Source: Nitrosopumilus sp. (GTDB lineage Archaea > Thermoproteota > Nitrososphaeria > Nitrososphaerales > Nitrosopumilaceae). From it: 64,000 nucleotides of DNA. Shown here piece after piece: positions 53,240 to 64,000 of the stretch (position 1 is the first letter of the stretch; each line of letters opens with the position of its first letter). Below the pieces are notes generated by a model. That model was not told the DNA's origin, did no database searches, and worked only from the letters and a program-made list of their open reading frames with translations. The position numbers and the translations under genes were made by a program. The stretch is from assembly GCA_965223425.1 (NCBI GenBank), contig OZ245003.1, forward strand, positions 288,001-352,000, given 5' to 3'.

Positions 53240-54454
53240 ATGGAGAGTATTATGCAAGATGGTAAAAAACCACCAGAAATTAGGAGATACAAGATTGGAT
53301 TCTTCGTGTTGGCAGCAGTAGTAACGGTAATGATACTTTCTAGTTCTTTAATACTATCCGCATTTGACAGAAGCCCATCATACGTCATAAATCGTGTGTT
53401 TGATTCTGGTTATGTAGAGCCAGACTTGCCAATGGTTTTTCTACCTTCGTATTATTATGATGGCCTGGATGTACTACCCCACACGTTTGACAAAAATGTG
53501 AAAACGTTGGATGATTTTTACAAATGGAAGAATGGTCCCATACTGGATGGGTACAGAGACAGGCCCACGATACACCAAGTATCGCACAACTACACCATGG
53601 TACTTAGTGAGGAACGCGATGGATACACTTTAGACAAGTTTACAATGCAGACATTCTATCCGGACAACATAATATTCTACAAGCTGACTCCCCCCCCTAC
53701 AATAGCCAAGAAAGCAGGCGCGGTTCTCGTAATTCCCGGAAGCGGTAATCAGGGAGCTCGAGATGTGCTTGGAGAACCGTCTCCAATATCGCCCTATTAC
53801 TATCAAGGAGAGATAGCAAAGCGCCTCGTAATTGAAGGATATAACGTATATACTATAGAGCTTCACGGATACGGCGAGCGCGAGTTTAATGTAGGACATG
53901 CTTGCATATCCAAGATCAAAAAAGACTGGCTTCTAATCTGTTCTGCCAGACAGCTGGACAACCGGTTAAATATGTACGGCATAGACCTGCATACTATACA
54001 CACAGATGAGATAACACAGATTCTGGCACATATTGTGTATGATGAGGGTACGGAGGATATAGCAGTAGTAGGACTTTCTCTAGGTGCAGGCTATGCAATG
54101 TCCCAGGCAATAATAAACACCGATGCCGTAGACGCAGTGGTTGTGGCAAGCGGTTTGGGAAGTAACGTGAACTCACCCATATCGCACCAAACTCTTGGAA
54201 GAGGCCAGTTTTTGTGTTGTGATACCAATGACCGAGCCGCCACCATAGCACCCAAGCCTATGTATGTCTCATATGGAAAAAATGAGATAGGTATGCTTGG
54301 TTGGGAGGCGAATACCAACCATACAGGAAATTTCCTCAAAAACGTCTATGGACTACATGGTGCGGAAGATAATCTTTACTATCATGTCCACGATGGGATA
54401 CATGAATATCACGTAGAATCGGTAATTGATTTTCTTAAAACTCACATAAGATGA
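53240..54454 (+). CDS. membrane-anchored alpha/beta hydrolase, copy 2
   Basis: Paralog of 26359-27564; TM helix, GLSLG, HDGIHEYH. Confidence 0.82.
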   Translation: MESIMQDGKKPPEIRRYKIGFFVLAAVVTVMILSSSLILSAFDRSPSYVINRVFDSGYVEPDLPMVFLPSYYYDGLDVLPHTFDKNVKTLDDFYKWKNGPILDGYRDRPTIHQVSHNYTMVLSEERDGYTLDKFTMQTFYPDNIIFYKLTPPPTIAKKAGAVLVIPGSGNQGARDVLGEPSPISPYYYQGEIAKRLVIEGYNVYTIELHGYGEREFNVGHACISKIKKDWLLICSARQLDNRLNMYGIDLHTIHTDEITQILAHIVYDEGTEDIAVVGLSLGAGYAMSQAIINTDAVDAVVVASGLGSNVNSPISHQTLGRGQFLCCDTNDRAATIAPKPMYVSYGKNEIGMLGWEANTNHTGNFLKNVYGLHGAEDNLYYHVHDGIHEYHVESVIDFLKTHIR

Positions 54455-54533
54455 CGGGCAGTTGCCTTGTATTCTAATACATAATTGCCATATTCTTCTT
54501 CATATTTGTCAATTCAAAATCACGTTTAGACAT

Positions 54534-54625
54534 TCATATTCCAAGCTCGTACTTGGGTCATTTTGTACAAGAATCTTGGAGAGGTATCAGCACGTACATC
54601 ATACGGCCTGATCACTGATTCAAAA
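54534..54625 (-). pseudogene. 3' remnant of hexapeptide acyltransferase paralog
   Basis: IRPYDV..TSPRFLYKMT..YELGI* versus IKPYEVWVGTPARFLRKMTEYELGI* at 40101. Confidence 0.65.
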
Positions 54626-55386
54626 GTATCTGATCATCATATACTTCACATATCGAAGTTTGTATTTGATTTCCAACATGGGATGTTAAAAATTATACCT
54701 CATGAATGCAACATAACCAGTCGTTAGTGGTTACATCTCATATCTACAAATCTCTCATCTTACACTTGAACCTAATCACTTGCAATCATAGTTAGCATAT
54801 TAAATAACTGAACATTTTCACAGGCAGGATCTCCTTTCTGGCAAACAGCGTGCGTACTGACTGCTCCATCTCATCTAGCGTGCCAAACACTTTTGCAGAC
54901 AGTGCGCGCTTTATCGCCCTCCACTGCATCTCAATGGGATTAAGCTCCGGCGTGTACGGCAGCAGGTATTCCAGAGCTATCTCGCCGTTGTATCTTTCCA
55001 GAAACTCTTTTACCTTTTTGGATTTGTGATATGATGCATTGTCTACAAACAGCAGCACCCTGCCAAATCTCCTGTGAATTCGTTCCAAAAAACTGCAAAA
55101 GCCGTCGCTGTCTGGCTTTTCATAAAACATAAAGTAAAATGCGTTTGCTGACAAAGCCCCAAATGTATCTTCTCTCACGTGACAAAACAGAGGGGAATGT
55201 GGCGCGCTTGCCGCGCCTTCTCCACCCGTAGCCGGGCCTGTTTGATGCCTTTTCAATCGAGGATGCATCACTGGCCAGTACGTGTATCCCTGTGATGATC
55301 TTTCTGCGGCAATCTTCCCTGCGCGCTCGAAACTCTTTTTGTTCCTTTTTTGAGGCTGATCTTGGGTTTTTTGGACGCGCCTTGCT

Positions 55387-57891
55387 TAGTGAATTGGATT
55401 AACAATCGCTCACAAAACAGACAACATTATTCAACCACAAGATCTAGATCCCAGTGTATGGCAGAATCCGCATGAAATACAACGATTCCATAGTAATACC
55501 GGCAGACAAAAGATTCCTGTCCGGCGTCTCCAGTGCGCGCCTGCGCAGCATGCAAAAAAAGGAGACAGATCCCAGGGCCGCAGCAAGGCTGCTGGCATAT
55601 GCCATGCGCAAGGAGGGCATGTCAGTAGTTCCCAGATGTAGATTTACCGCAACCGCAACTGGCACCGGCTCTACTTGCCTCGATCATTGACAAACAGCTC
55701 GTTCCTGCCTGTAATGTACACGATAAACAACGCCATGGTAAGTTTTTCCCCCGCAGAAGACACTCCTCCATACATCTTTCCTGCATCAAGGCAGAACCTG
55801 GCAATCCTCCACAGGTTGTACAGAAGCAGCGGCAGATAAAACATCAGCAGCCTCACAGCCAGGGAGTTGCTGCATGTCCTGCCCATGATTTTCTTTATGA
55901 CGCGAAACCCCGTCTCGATGCCCCATCTCTTGCGGTACTGCTCCGGTATGATGTCTGTCATGGCTCTGGCACTCCTGATGGGAATGTTTGTTGCAAATGC
56001 AATGTATTGCTCCTTCTCTTCCTCCTCCTCCCCCTCCTTTTTCTTCTTCTTCCTGTCTCTTTTGACAATTACAAGGTTGTAGGTCACAGTTACGCCGTCC
56101 TTGTTGGTCATTGACTGCTGCGATACCTGGCTTGCCTTTCCGTCCTTGTACATCTTGACTATCCTCTTGATCTTGGAGTTCATGATGACAGGCATAATGT
56201 AGCGGCACCCGCCCTTTCCTGCCTCTGTCATGCAGTCAACGTTGTAAAAGGCGCGGTCGTACAGGAACACAGTCTTTGAGTGTGCGCCCCCTCTGAGGAT
56301 TTTCGTGCGTGTTTTGGCTATAAAATCGGCCAGTTTTTCCTTTGCCGGCAGCAGCTTCGATTCCAGGACAATCTGCGAGGAGTCCCTGCCGACTCCGTGC
56401 ACTGCGACATACGAGAGAAACGTGGATGTTCCTGCCCTTGGACGCGACTTTCTTGTATGCTCCTGCAGCTGCTCCCCATGGTATGGTATGTCCGTAACGT
56501 CTATTGCAATGGCGTCGATGTCCTGCAGCATTCCTGCACGGCCGGCGTGCCGTACCGTGCGTGCCAATGTCTTTGCACACCAGTCCTGCACGTCTGCCGG
56601 TTCGACGCCACGGACTGCAGACATGACCAGGTCTGCATCAGGCGTACGTGCGCCCGTGTCTTGAAGCCTGCTGCGCCGTACGAGGGATTCTACAAACGTG
56701 TTTCTCTCAGACGCCCTGATTAGCACGTCCAGTATGTCGTTACATCCGTATACGGCGTTGTGCCTCTCAGACATTGGCATGCCAAGCTTTTGAAACGACG
56801 AGCGCAAGATTTTAAACTGGTTTGATGCTATGTTGTACTGGTGTGCGATCGGATCGTCGTGTGTTTGATTGCTCATGACACCTTGCACACCGTAACCTAA
56901 TCTAGATCTTTGCATTGCAATATGCGGTAACGCACCGGCATCTGGGCACAAGCATACATCTGGGCACAAATCTACATCTGGGAACTACTGATGTCCATAC
57001 GCCGGATATGCATGGCCCTCAACTGGCCATACTCTACAGTACGGGGCTGGCTTGTGCGCGCCGCACAGCTTGGCACCGACGGCAGATACGACATCAAAAA
57101 TGAAGGCGCACCAAACAAGCTCGATCCGGAACAGATAGAACAGCTGCGCGCAGACCTGCTGGCAGGCCCGCGCAGTTGCGGCTTTGAGTCCGGAGTGTGG
57201 ACGGCACCGCTGCTGGCCGTACACATCAGAAAAAAGTTCGGCGTGCAGTATGCCACTGTCAGCATATATGACATACTGCACAGGATGGGCTTTTCGTGCA
57301 GAAAGCCGCGTCCAAAGCACCCAAGTCAGCCTCAGAATCAGAGAAAAAAGAGTTTAAAAAAAAGCAGGGGAGGTAATCCGGAGCCATCCAGGCCATACGG
57401 TGGTTACAGTTGACGAGGCCTCCTTTATCATTGGGTGGAATACCAAGAACGGGTGGTACCCCAAGGGCAGGCCCGTCACCACTCCAGTCAGCCTGTCGCG
57501 CAAAAGGTTCTACTCGTTTGGGGCGCTGTACGACGGAGGCTTTGACTGCAGGTTCTATGCCAAGGCCGACAGCTACAGCTTTGTGGACATGCTCGGACAC
57601 CTGCATCTCAAGCACGGCAAGATCATCGTATTTCTTGATAACGCATCATACCACAAGTCAAAGATGGTCAATGATTTTGTCGACTCGTATGACGGCGACA
57701 TAGTCCTTGTTTACTTGCCCGTGTACACCCCGGAGCTGAATACCACGGAGGGGCAGTGGAGGCTGTTAAGAAGGGCCACTGCAAACGTGATGTATGAAAG
57801 CACAAAGGTGATGAAGGAATCCATATGGACAATGCTGTATAGACGTGAGGTCAGGATAACAAGGATGAGCGGTTATTTATCCTAGTCACTA
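55387..57891 (+). mobile_element. IS630-family element type A, interrupted by ISH3-A
   Basis: Same IRs as the other type A copies; CT duplicated. Confidence 0.92.
55623..56990 (-). mobile_element. ISH3/IS4-like element type A (diverged copy), transposase 55671-56969
   Basis: IR cagtagttcccagatg; TSD atgt. Confidence 0.93.
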
Positions 57892-58054
57892 CTCCACGAA
57901 AAGCCCATCTCCCTGATCAGCTGCAGCACGCCTGTCTTGCTGTACTGCACGCCGAACTTTCTCTTGAGTGCAGCCTTACGAGGTTAGAGTCCCACAAGCT
58001 GCTCTCAAAGCTGCATGACTCCTGCCCTGCATCCAAGTCTGCTGCAAGCTGTCT

Positions 58055-58770
58055 CAGTAGATGAAAATGTGTTTTCACGGAGTGGAAGGACGACAAGATT
58101 TTGCCTGATCTGCAAACAATCTGGACAGAAAAGGCAATTGATCAGGTGCCCCTGCAGTTCCTTATGCTTCACCAAAAAGAGCAACAAAGACACCGACTTG
58201 GCATGGCAGGCAGGGCGTTTAAAATGTTGTCTGCAATGCTGGGAAGAGTCGGCATCAGTTTCTCTGGCAGATACAACGCCCTGTACGACATAGGCGACTT
58301 TGTGCGCGTCATCATATCGATGTGCGAGAGCAGCTCGTGCGCCTCTGGCGTGACAAAGATGCTCTCCGCGCGCCACGGGCCGTACCGCATACCGTTGTCG
58401 ATGTGGACCATCTCAAAGGTAAGGAATGCCTGCACTGACGCTGATGTGATGGAGAAGCGGTGCAGGGACATGATGCGCATCACCATACACGAGGCAAGGC
58501 GCACCGGCCTCCTCAGGAACATTCCCCACACCATGGCAATTGACACCCACCTGATACCCAGATATGACAAGAATCCCAGAACCTTGGAAGAGCAGCTGGT
58601 GCGCTCAAGACACCGCAGTGGAACCTCGCGGTTTGAGGATACAGGGATGCTGAAAGGACGAGGCCCAAAACCACCAGCCAGAATGCCCCTGTCAGAATGT
58701 TTCTGTTTTTCATGGCACTTGTGATGTACAATCTGTGGGTGATCTCAGTTGCAAGGTCTGTTGCGTAGCA
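58055..58770 (+). mobile_element. ISH3/IS4-like element type C, internally deleted
   Basis: Starts cagtag; MAIDTHLIPRYD N-terminal half joined to GYR...VRMFLFFMALVMYNLW C-terminus; right end not found. Confidence 0.7.
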
Positions 58771-59166
58771 TGGGAGCTACGACACTGCCGCAATCCAACT
58801 TGTGATTATGTAAGAGGCTAGGTTAGTCACGAACTCAAACATTCTAGATCATACTGATCCAAATTCGATGATCCCTGATTCTGTCTAATGAGTGACTCGG
58901 AGATCAAGATATTACGGGATGCTCTGGCAAGGGCGTTTGCTGAAAACGACAGCTTGCGAAAGATTGTCAGCCAGTTGGCAGGCGATGTAAAAAAATTACA
59001 GGCAAGGGAAGCCGAGAAGGATTTGACAATAGCGGAACTAAAGAGGCGCGTAGCGTTCTACGAGAATCCGCACTCACCGCCGTCGGCAAACTCCATTCCC
59101 ACGCGCCGAAAAAAGGCAGACCGTGCAAAAGGCAGTTCCTCCCCTCCAAACAAGGGCGGAGCAAGT

Positions 59167-61618
59167 CAGTAGTTCCCAGATGTAGATTTGTGCCCAGATG
59201 TAGGTTTATGCCCAGATGCCGGTGCGTTACCGCATAACTGCAATGCAAAGATCCAGATTAGGCTACGGCGTGCAATATGTCATGAAAGTCGAATTACATG
59301 ACGAACTGATCGCACGCCAGTACAATATAACATCAAACCGGTTTAAAATCCTGCGCTCGTCGTTTCAAAAGCTTGGCATGCCAATGTCTGAGAGGCACAA
59401 CGCCGTATACGGATGCAATGACATACTGGACGTGCTAATCAAGGCGTCTGAGAGAAACACGTTTGTAGAATCCCTCGTACGGCACAACAGGCTTCAAGAC
59501 ACGGGTGCACGTACGCCTGATGCAGACCTGGTCATGTCTGCAGTCCGTGGCGTCAAACCGGCAGACGTGCAGGCCTGGTGGGGGTTGTCGCCAAATTCGA
59601 CCAAATGATCTAATTTTGTGATTTTTCACGCATATTGATCAGGGAGGATGTGAGTTCTCTAATGATCTGTCATAAGAGACGTGATCAGTACTGGAAGTAC
59701 TATCACGATGCCCACACCCGAGAACTGGATTTTCTCACGTCCCATATAGTTTCTTTGATTGTGAAAAATCCGTGTCCCGTACATGCCAGAAGGTCTGGTG
59801 CGGGGCGCAAACCGGTACATGACAAAAACAAGCTTGCATTTCTCTGCATACTCACGGTGTGCCTTGACTTTACATTCAGGGACATGGAGAATCTTGCAGC
59901 CCTGCTGAGGATGCCGTGGAACGAACCCCTGCCGGATCACAGCACCATTGCCAGGTTCATGCAAAAGATTCCTGTTGCGTGGCTTGAGGACATGATTGCC
60001 GTCACGGCAGCATCGTGCCTTGCAGGATTTGATGTCTCTGATCTCACGCTGGCATCAGACAGCAGCGGCGTTGCCACTGACAGGTATGAAAGGGTGCAAA
60101 AAAAGGCCAGAAACAGGCACAAACCGGAGGCAAAGCGTCAAAAGAAGTATCTGAAATGGCACGTGGCCTCGGTACTGGGCCTGCAGGTCATACTCTCCTG
60201 CCGCATCACATCCAACAGGATGGCAGACACTACAGTCTTTGCCTCGCTGCTAAAGAAGATCAAAAAGACAGGCATTGCCTTTGCAGGCAGGTTCAACGCA
60301 GACAGGGGGTATGATTCTGATAGGAACTGCAGGCTTGTCTTTGGTGCCGGCATGACCCCGAACATAAAGCAGAGGGGCAATGCCGTGAACAGAACAAAAA
60401 AGTTCAGGAAAAAGGCCGCAGGGCTGTTTGACGGGGAGATCTACAAAAAACGAGGCATGATAGAGGGAATATTTGGAGCAGAGGAGACAGAGGGCCACCG
60501 GCTGCTGTGCAGGTTCAGAAAGACATCCACAAGAAGGCGGTTTGGACTGTGCAAGACAATAGGATGGAACTTGGAAGTGTTAAACCGTTTGGAGTGCGCC
60601 GCAAGGCGAAATATTCAGGTGGTGGCAGCTTGATGTGAATTTGGCGACAACCCCGGCCTGGTGTGCAAGGACGCTGGCACGCACGGTGCGGCACGCCCGC
60701 CATACAGGAATGCTGCAGGACATCGACGCCATTGCAATAGACGTTACGGACATACCATACCATGGGGAGCAGCTGCAGGAGCATACAAGAAAGTCGCGTC
60801 CAAGGGCAGGAACATCCACGTTTCTCTCGTATGTCGCAGTGCACGGAGTCGGCAGGGACTCCTCGCAGATTGTCCTGGAATCGAAGCTACTACCGGCAAA
60901 GGAAAAACTGGCCGATTTTATAGCCAAAACACGCACGAAAATCCTCAGAGGGGGCGCACACTCAAAGACTGTGTTCCTGTACGACCGCGCCTTTTACAAC
61001 GTTGACTGCATGACAGAGGCAGGAAAGGGCGGGTGCCGCTACATTATGCCTGTCATCATGAACTCCAAGATCAAGAGGATAGTCAAGATGTACAAGGACG
61101 GAAAGGCAAGCCAGGTATCGCAGCAGTCAATGACCAACAAAGACGGCGTAACTGTGACCTACAACCTTGTAATTGTCAAAAGAGACAGGAAGAAGAAGAA
61201 AAAGGGGGAGGGGGAAGAGGAGGGGGAGGAGCAATACATTGCGTTTGCAACAAACATTCCCATCAGGAGCGCCAGAGCCATGACAGGCATCATACCGGAG
61301 CAGTACCGCAAGAGATGGGGCATCGAGACGGGGTTTCGCGTCATAAAGGAGATCATGGGCAGGACATGCAGCAACTCCCTGTCTGTGAGGCTGCTGATGT
61401 TTTACCTGCCGCTGCTGCTGTACAACCTGTGGAGGATTGCCAGGTTCTGCCTTGATGCGGGAAAGAGGCACGGAAGAGCGTCTTCTGCGGGAAAAAAACT
61501 CACCATGGCGTTGTTTATCGTGTACATTACAAGCAGAAACGAGTTGTTTGTCAATGATCGAGGCAAGTAGAACCGATGCCAGTTGCGGTTGCGGTAAATC
61601 TACATCTGGGAACTACTG
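59167..61618 (+). mobile_element. ISH3/IS4-like element type A interrupted by an IS5-family element
   Basis: Matches 24828-26196; TSD aagt. Confidence 0.93.
59581..60654 (+). mobile_element. IS5-family element, transposase 59635-60633
   Basis: Perfect 18-bp IR ggggttgtcgccaaattc; 9-bp TSD ggcctggtg; PDHST, DSSG, KWH, ADRGYDS, R..IE..F. Confidence 0.93.
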
Positions 61619-62772
61619 AAGTGCAGGCCACGTCGGCGCATCCCACAAGAGAAGGCCTTGTCACACAACGGTGCACAGGCCAAAGAAATGCGCAAAGTGC
61701 GGCAGCAAAGGCATTACAGTTACAAAAACCACGACAAAGATGACAGTCGACATTCCGGAGATTCCAAGGACCGTATCCACAAACAACGTCATACAGCACT
61801 GCACCTGCAGGTGCGGACATGTCACAACGCCCCAGGTCGGAATAGACGGAACATCGATTGGCAAGAACCTCATGACAATAACCATGTCGATGTATAAACA
61901 AGGCTGCAGCCTGAACTCAATCAGGGAGGCAGCAAGCCTGTATGACACGTCAATCTGCAAAAAAACAATACAAAACGCGCTGTTTGCATTAGGAGGAGCG
62001 TTAGAGTCAGAGGTAGAGTCATGGAAAGAAAATATTGGCAGATCAAAATACCTGAAACTTGATGAGACGTCATATACAATATACGACAAACTGGGATATG
62101 TCTGGGTATGCATCGGTGATGATGCGGTACTGACTCATGTGGACAGAAGCAGGGCCGCTGCCGTACTGGATATTCACTTTCCTCACTGGGATATTCCCGT
62201 GACAGTCGACGGTTATGCGGCATACAACAGTTTCAGAACAATTCAACGGTGCTGGTCACACATACTGTGTGATGCCGAATTTGAACAGGATGATGATGAT
62301 GATGATGATGAACCAAAAACCATGCTGTATGAGAAACTGCGTTTGCTATACCACGATGCAAAGCAGGTTGCGCTGCGGCCTGACGCGCACACGCATTATG
62401 ACTCGTTTGTGATCTCCTGCACGGCAATTGCGGATTCGTACAAGGGTTGTCCGGACTGCAAGTTCGGAGACAAGCTGGAAAAGGCCACACCAAACCTGCT
62501 TACGTTTCTAAAGCATCCCGGAATGGATCCCACAAACAACGAATCAGAAAGGATGCTTCGCCGGGTCGTCATATCGCGCAAGATTAGACAGCGTCTTGTC
62601 ACCGAAGCAGGCATGAAGGTATTTGGCATACTTGTGAGCTGCTTGCTGACATGGCAGAAAAGGGGCACCAGCATTCAAGAAGAGATACTGAGACTGTACT
62701 AGAGACCTAGCCTCTTACGTGATTATTGACTATAACCTTATATTACAAAATTCTGTACGGTAAAAAGGGTTT

Positions 62773-63555
62773 GTGACAATGATCAGTGTGGATAGAATTG
62801 TACGGTATGCAAAACTCAAAATTTTTGGTCCCAAAATGACACAAGAGGCGCATGAATTCATTATCCGATACAGACAGATACTGGATGATGCAATGCTTGA
62901 TGCAGATCAGTTTATGGAAAAACATGCGGATTCCGACATGGTTGAATTCCTCAAATCGTCTAAGCAGTTCATGGATGATATGGCAACGATGCAGGATAAG
63001 AATAAGAAAAGTAGGGATTTGTATCTTCCAATTCACACGATGTTGTATATGCTCTGTAAAAAGCAAAAACCATCACGTATCATAGAGACAGGAGTTGAAA
63101 AAGGCGGTTCCACCTATGCAATTCTAAAAGCCCTCAACACAGTTAACATAAACACGTATCTTTATTCAATCGATATCGCCGAAAACTATACATACAAAAA
63201 TGAATATGTTGCCAAAATTGGACCGCTCGTAACTGATCATTTGAAAAAACGATGGAAGTTTGTTCACGGAGATGCCCAAAAAATACTTGGAACAGTGCTG
63301 GAAGAAACTGGCGAGTTGGATGCATTTATGGCATTGCAGGGACACACATACGAAGTGCAAAAACATGAGGGAGATACCGCGTGGCCGCACATAAAGAGTG
63401 GCGGGATATTTGTGCTTGACAGACCTGACTGGAACGAAGGCATGTACTTGAAGGAATTCCTTGCAGAACATGGCAGCGAAGTGGCTCATCATGAAACATA
63501 CAAGGAGGGTGCAGTGAGCGACCCATTCGAGTTTACCGTAATCATAAAGAAATAA
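62773..63555 (+). CDS. class I SAM-dependent methyltransferase (Methyltransf_24-like)
   Basis: IIETGVEKGGST, YSIDI, HGDA, HTYE....E...AWPHIKSGG. Confidence 0.82.
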   Translation: MTMISVDRIVRYAKLKIFGPKMTQEAHEFIIRYRQILDDAMLDADQFMEKHADSDMVEFLKSSKQFMDDMATMQDKNKKSRDLYLPIHTMLYMLCKKQKPSRIIETGVEKGGSTYAILKALNTVNINTYLYSIDIAENYTYKNEYVAKIGPLVTDHLKKRWKFVHGDAQKILGTVLEETGELDAFMALQGHTYEVQKHEGDTAWPHIKSGGIFVLDRPDWNEGMYLKEFLAEHGSEVAHHETYKEGAVSDPFEFTVIIKK

Positions 63556-63607
63556 CCAGTTCAGTTATCAGTCTTCCCAGAAGTACCTCGAAAATAGTTC
63601 CTAAACA

Positions 63608-64000
63608 AGACTTTATGCATAATTGACCCGTCAAATTTTTTCTGCAGCATACATTACCAAGACACACAAAGCCAGTCCAGGAAATTATTTAATTTTGATG
63701 CAAAAGATCATTGTAAATTCGCAGAAATTAGAAATCCGTGCGCACTCTTGCAGTGCCTCATGCACCCTGTGCTGTGCCGTCAATAACCAAGTGACGGCCG
63801 CTTTTTCTTTGCATCCCACAGCAGTTGAAAGTTTGCAAGGCCGGTACACACAGCCAGCTCCTCGCGAAACTCCTCTACCGTGCCGTCATACGGGTCTGTC
63901 ATCCTCGCCCACTGCTTTATTCTTCCGATGGCGTGCCCCGCCTTTACCCTCTTGGCGCTGATCCTTTTGTTCGAGTCCTTTTGCTGCTGCGTCAGCTCCG
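63608..64000 (-). mobile_element. right end of a third ISL2-like copy (runs off window)
   Basis: Reverse complement of ~37578-37970. Confidence 0.9.

Larger units (their letters stand above)
54789..58054 (-). mobile_element. degraded IS630-B element hosting nested IS630-A and ISH3-like insertions
   Basis: 54789-55386 and 57892-58054 are collinear with the element at 40749. Confidence 0.88.
58810..62718 (+). mobile_element. IS66-family element (transposase 58888-59166 + 61623-62702) interrupted by ISH3-A
   Basis: IR gtaagaggctagg / cctagcctcttac; 8-bp TSD gtgattat; NPHSPPS, DETS, QRCWSH, PTNNESER. Confidence 0.93.

Noticed and set aside
62289-62310. GAT trinucleotide runs (also 1323-1337, 38019-38030, 40474-40488)
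   Set aside because: Short microsatellites; no evidence of function.
5300-64000. Numerous antisense and alternate-frame ORFs of 60-250 aa
   Set aside because: Shadow ORFs of GC-richer transposase and sugar genes, with no independent motifs.
1-64000. Reverse transcriptase-based systems (DGR, retron), TnpB/IscB, provirus genes
   Set aside because: No RT, TnpB/IscB, capsid or packaging motifs recognised in any ORF; paralog differences did not look adenine-specific by eye.

Overview
Archaeal DNA, most likely a Nitrosopumilaceae-type thaumarchaeote; the very high IS load suggests, but does not prove, a host-associated lineage. Bases 1-5037 are ordinary core genes: pelota, YjbQ, DtxR and TrmB regulators, and the tetraether lipid synthase tes. 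The remaining ~59 kb is an accessory region with three parts. (1) An AT-rich candidate defence cassette at ~9.3-14.0 kb, bracketed by ~165-bp direct repeats. It holds a GHKL/MORC-type ATPase fused to an AbiEi-like antitoxin domain, translationally coupled to an AbiEii-like nucleotidyltransferase and preceded by operator-like repeats, plus a convergent, damaged TIR-TM / SAP-domain gene pair. (2) A fragmented, partly duplicated surface-glycan locus (glycosyltransferases, three sulfotransferases, NDP-sugar enzymes, flippase, acyl- and methyltransferases, two membrane-anchored hydrolases), many genes carrying long G/C homopolymers. (3) More than 25 IS elements, MITEs and fragments (IS5/ISL2, IS630, IS66, ISH3-like, IS481-like, IS1595, IS110), often nested. 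The most notable signals are the GHKL-AbiEi/AbiEii system; an IS110/IS1111-type element inserted in another IS's terminal repeat whose downstream non-coding region carries two 9-nt segments matching that repeat (bridge/seek-RNA-like guide); and IS630-like elements that duplicate CG or CT rather than TA. All family calls come from motifs read by eye, with no database searches. Many single-base frameshifts at homopolymers could be sequencing errors.
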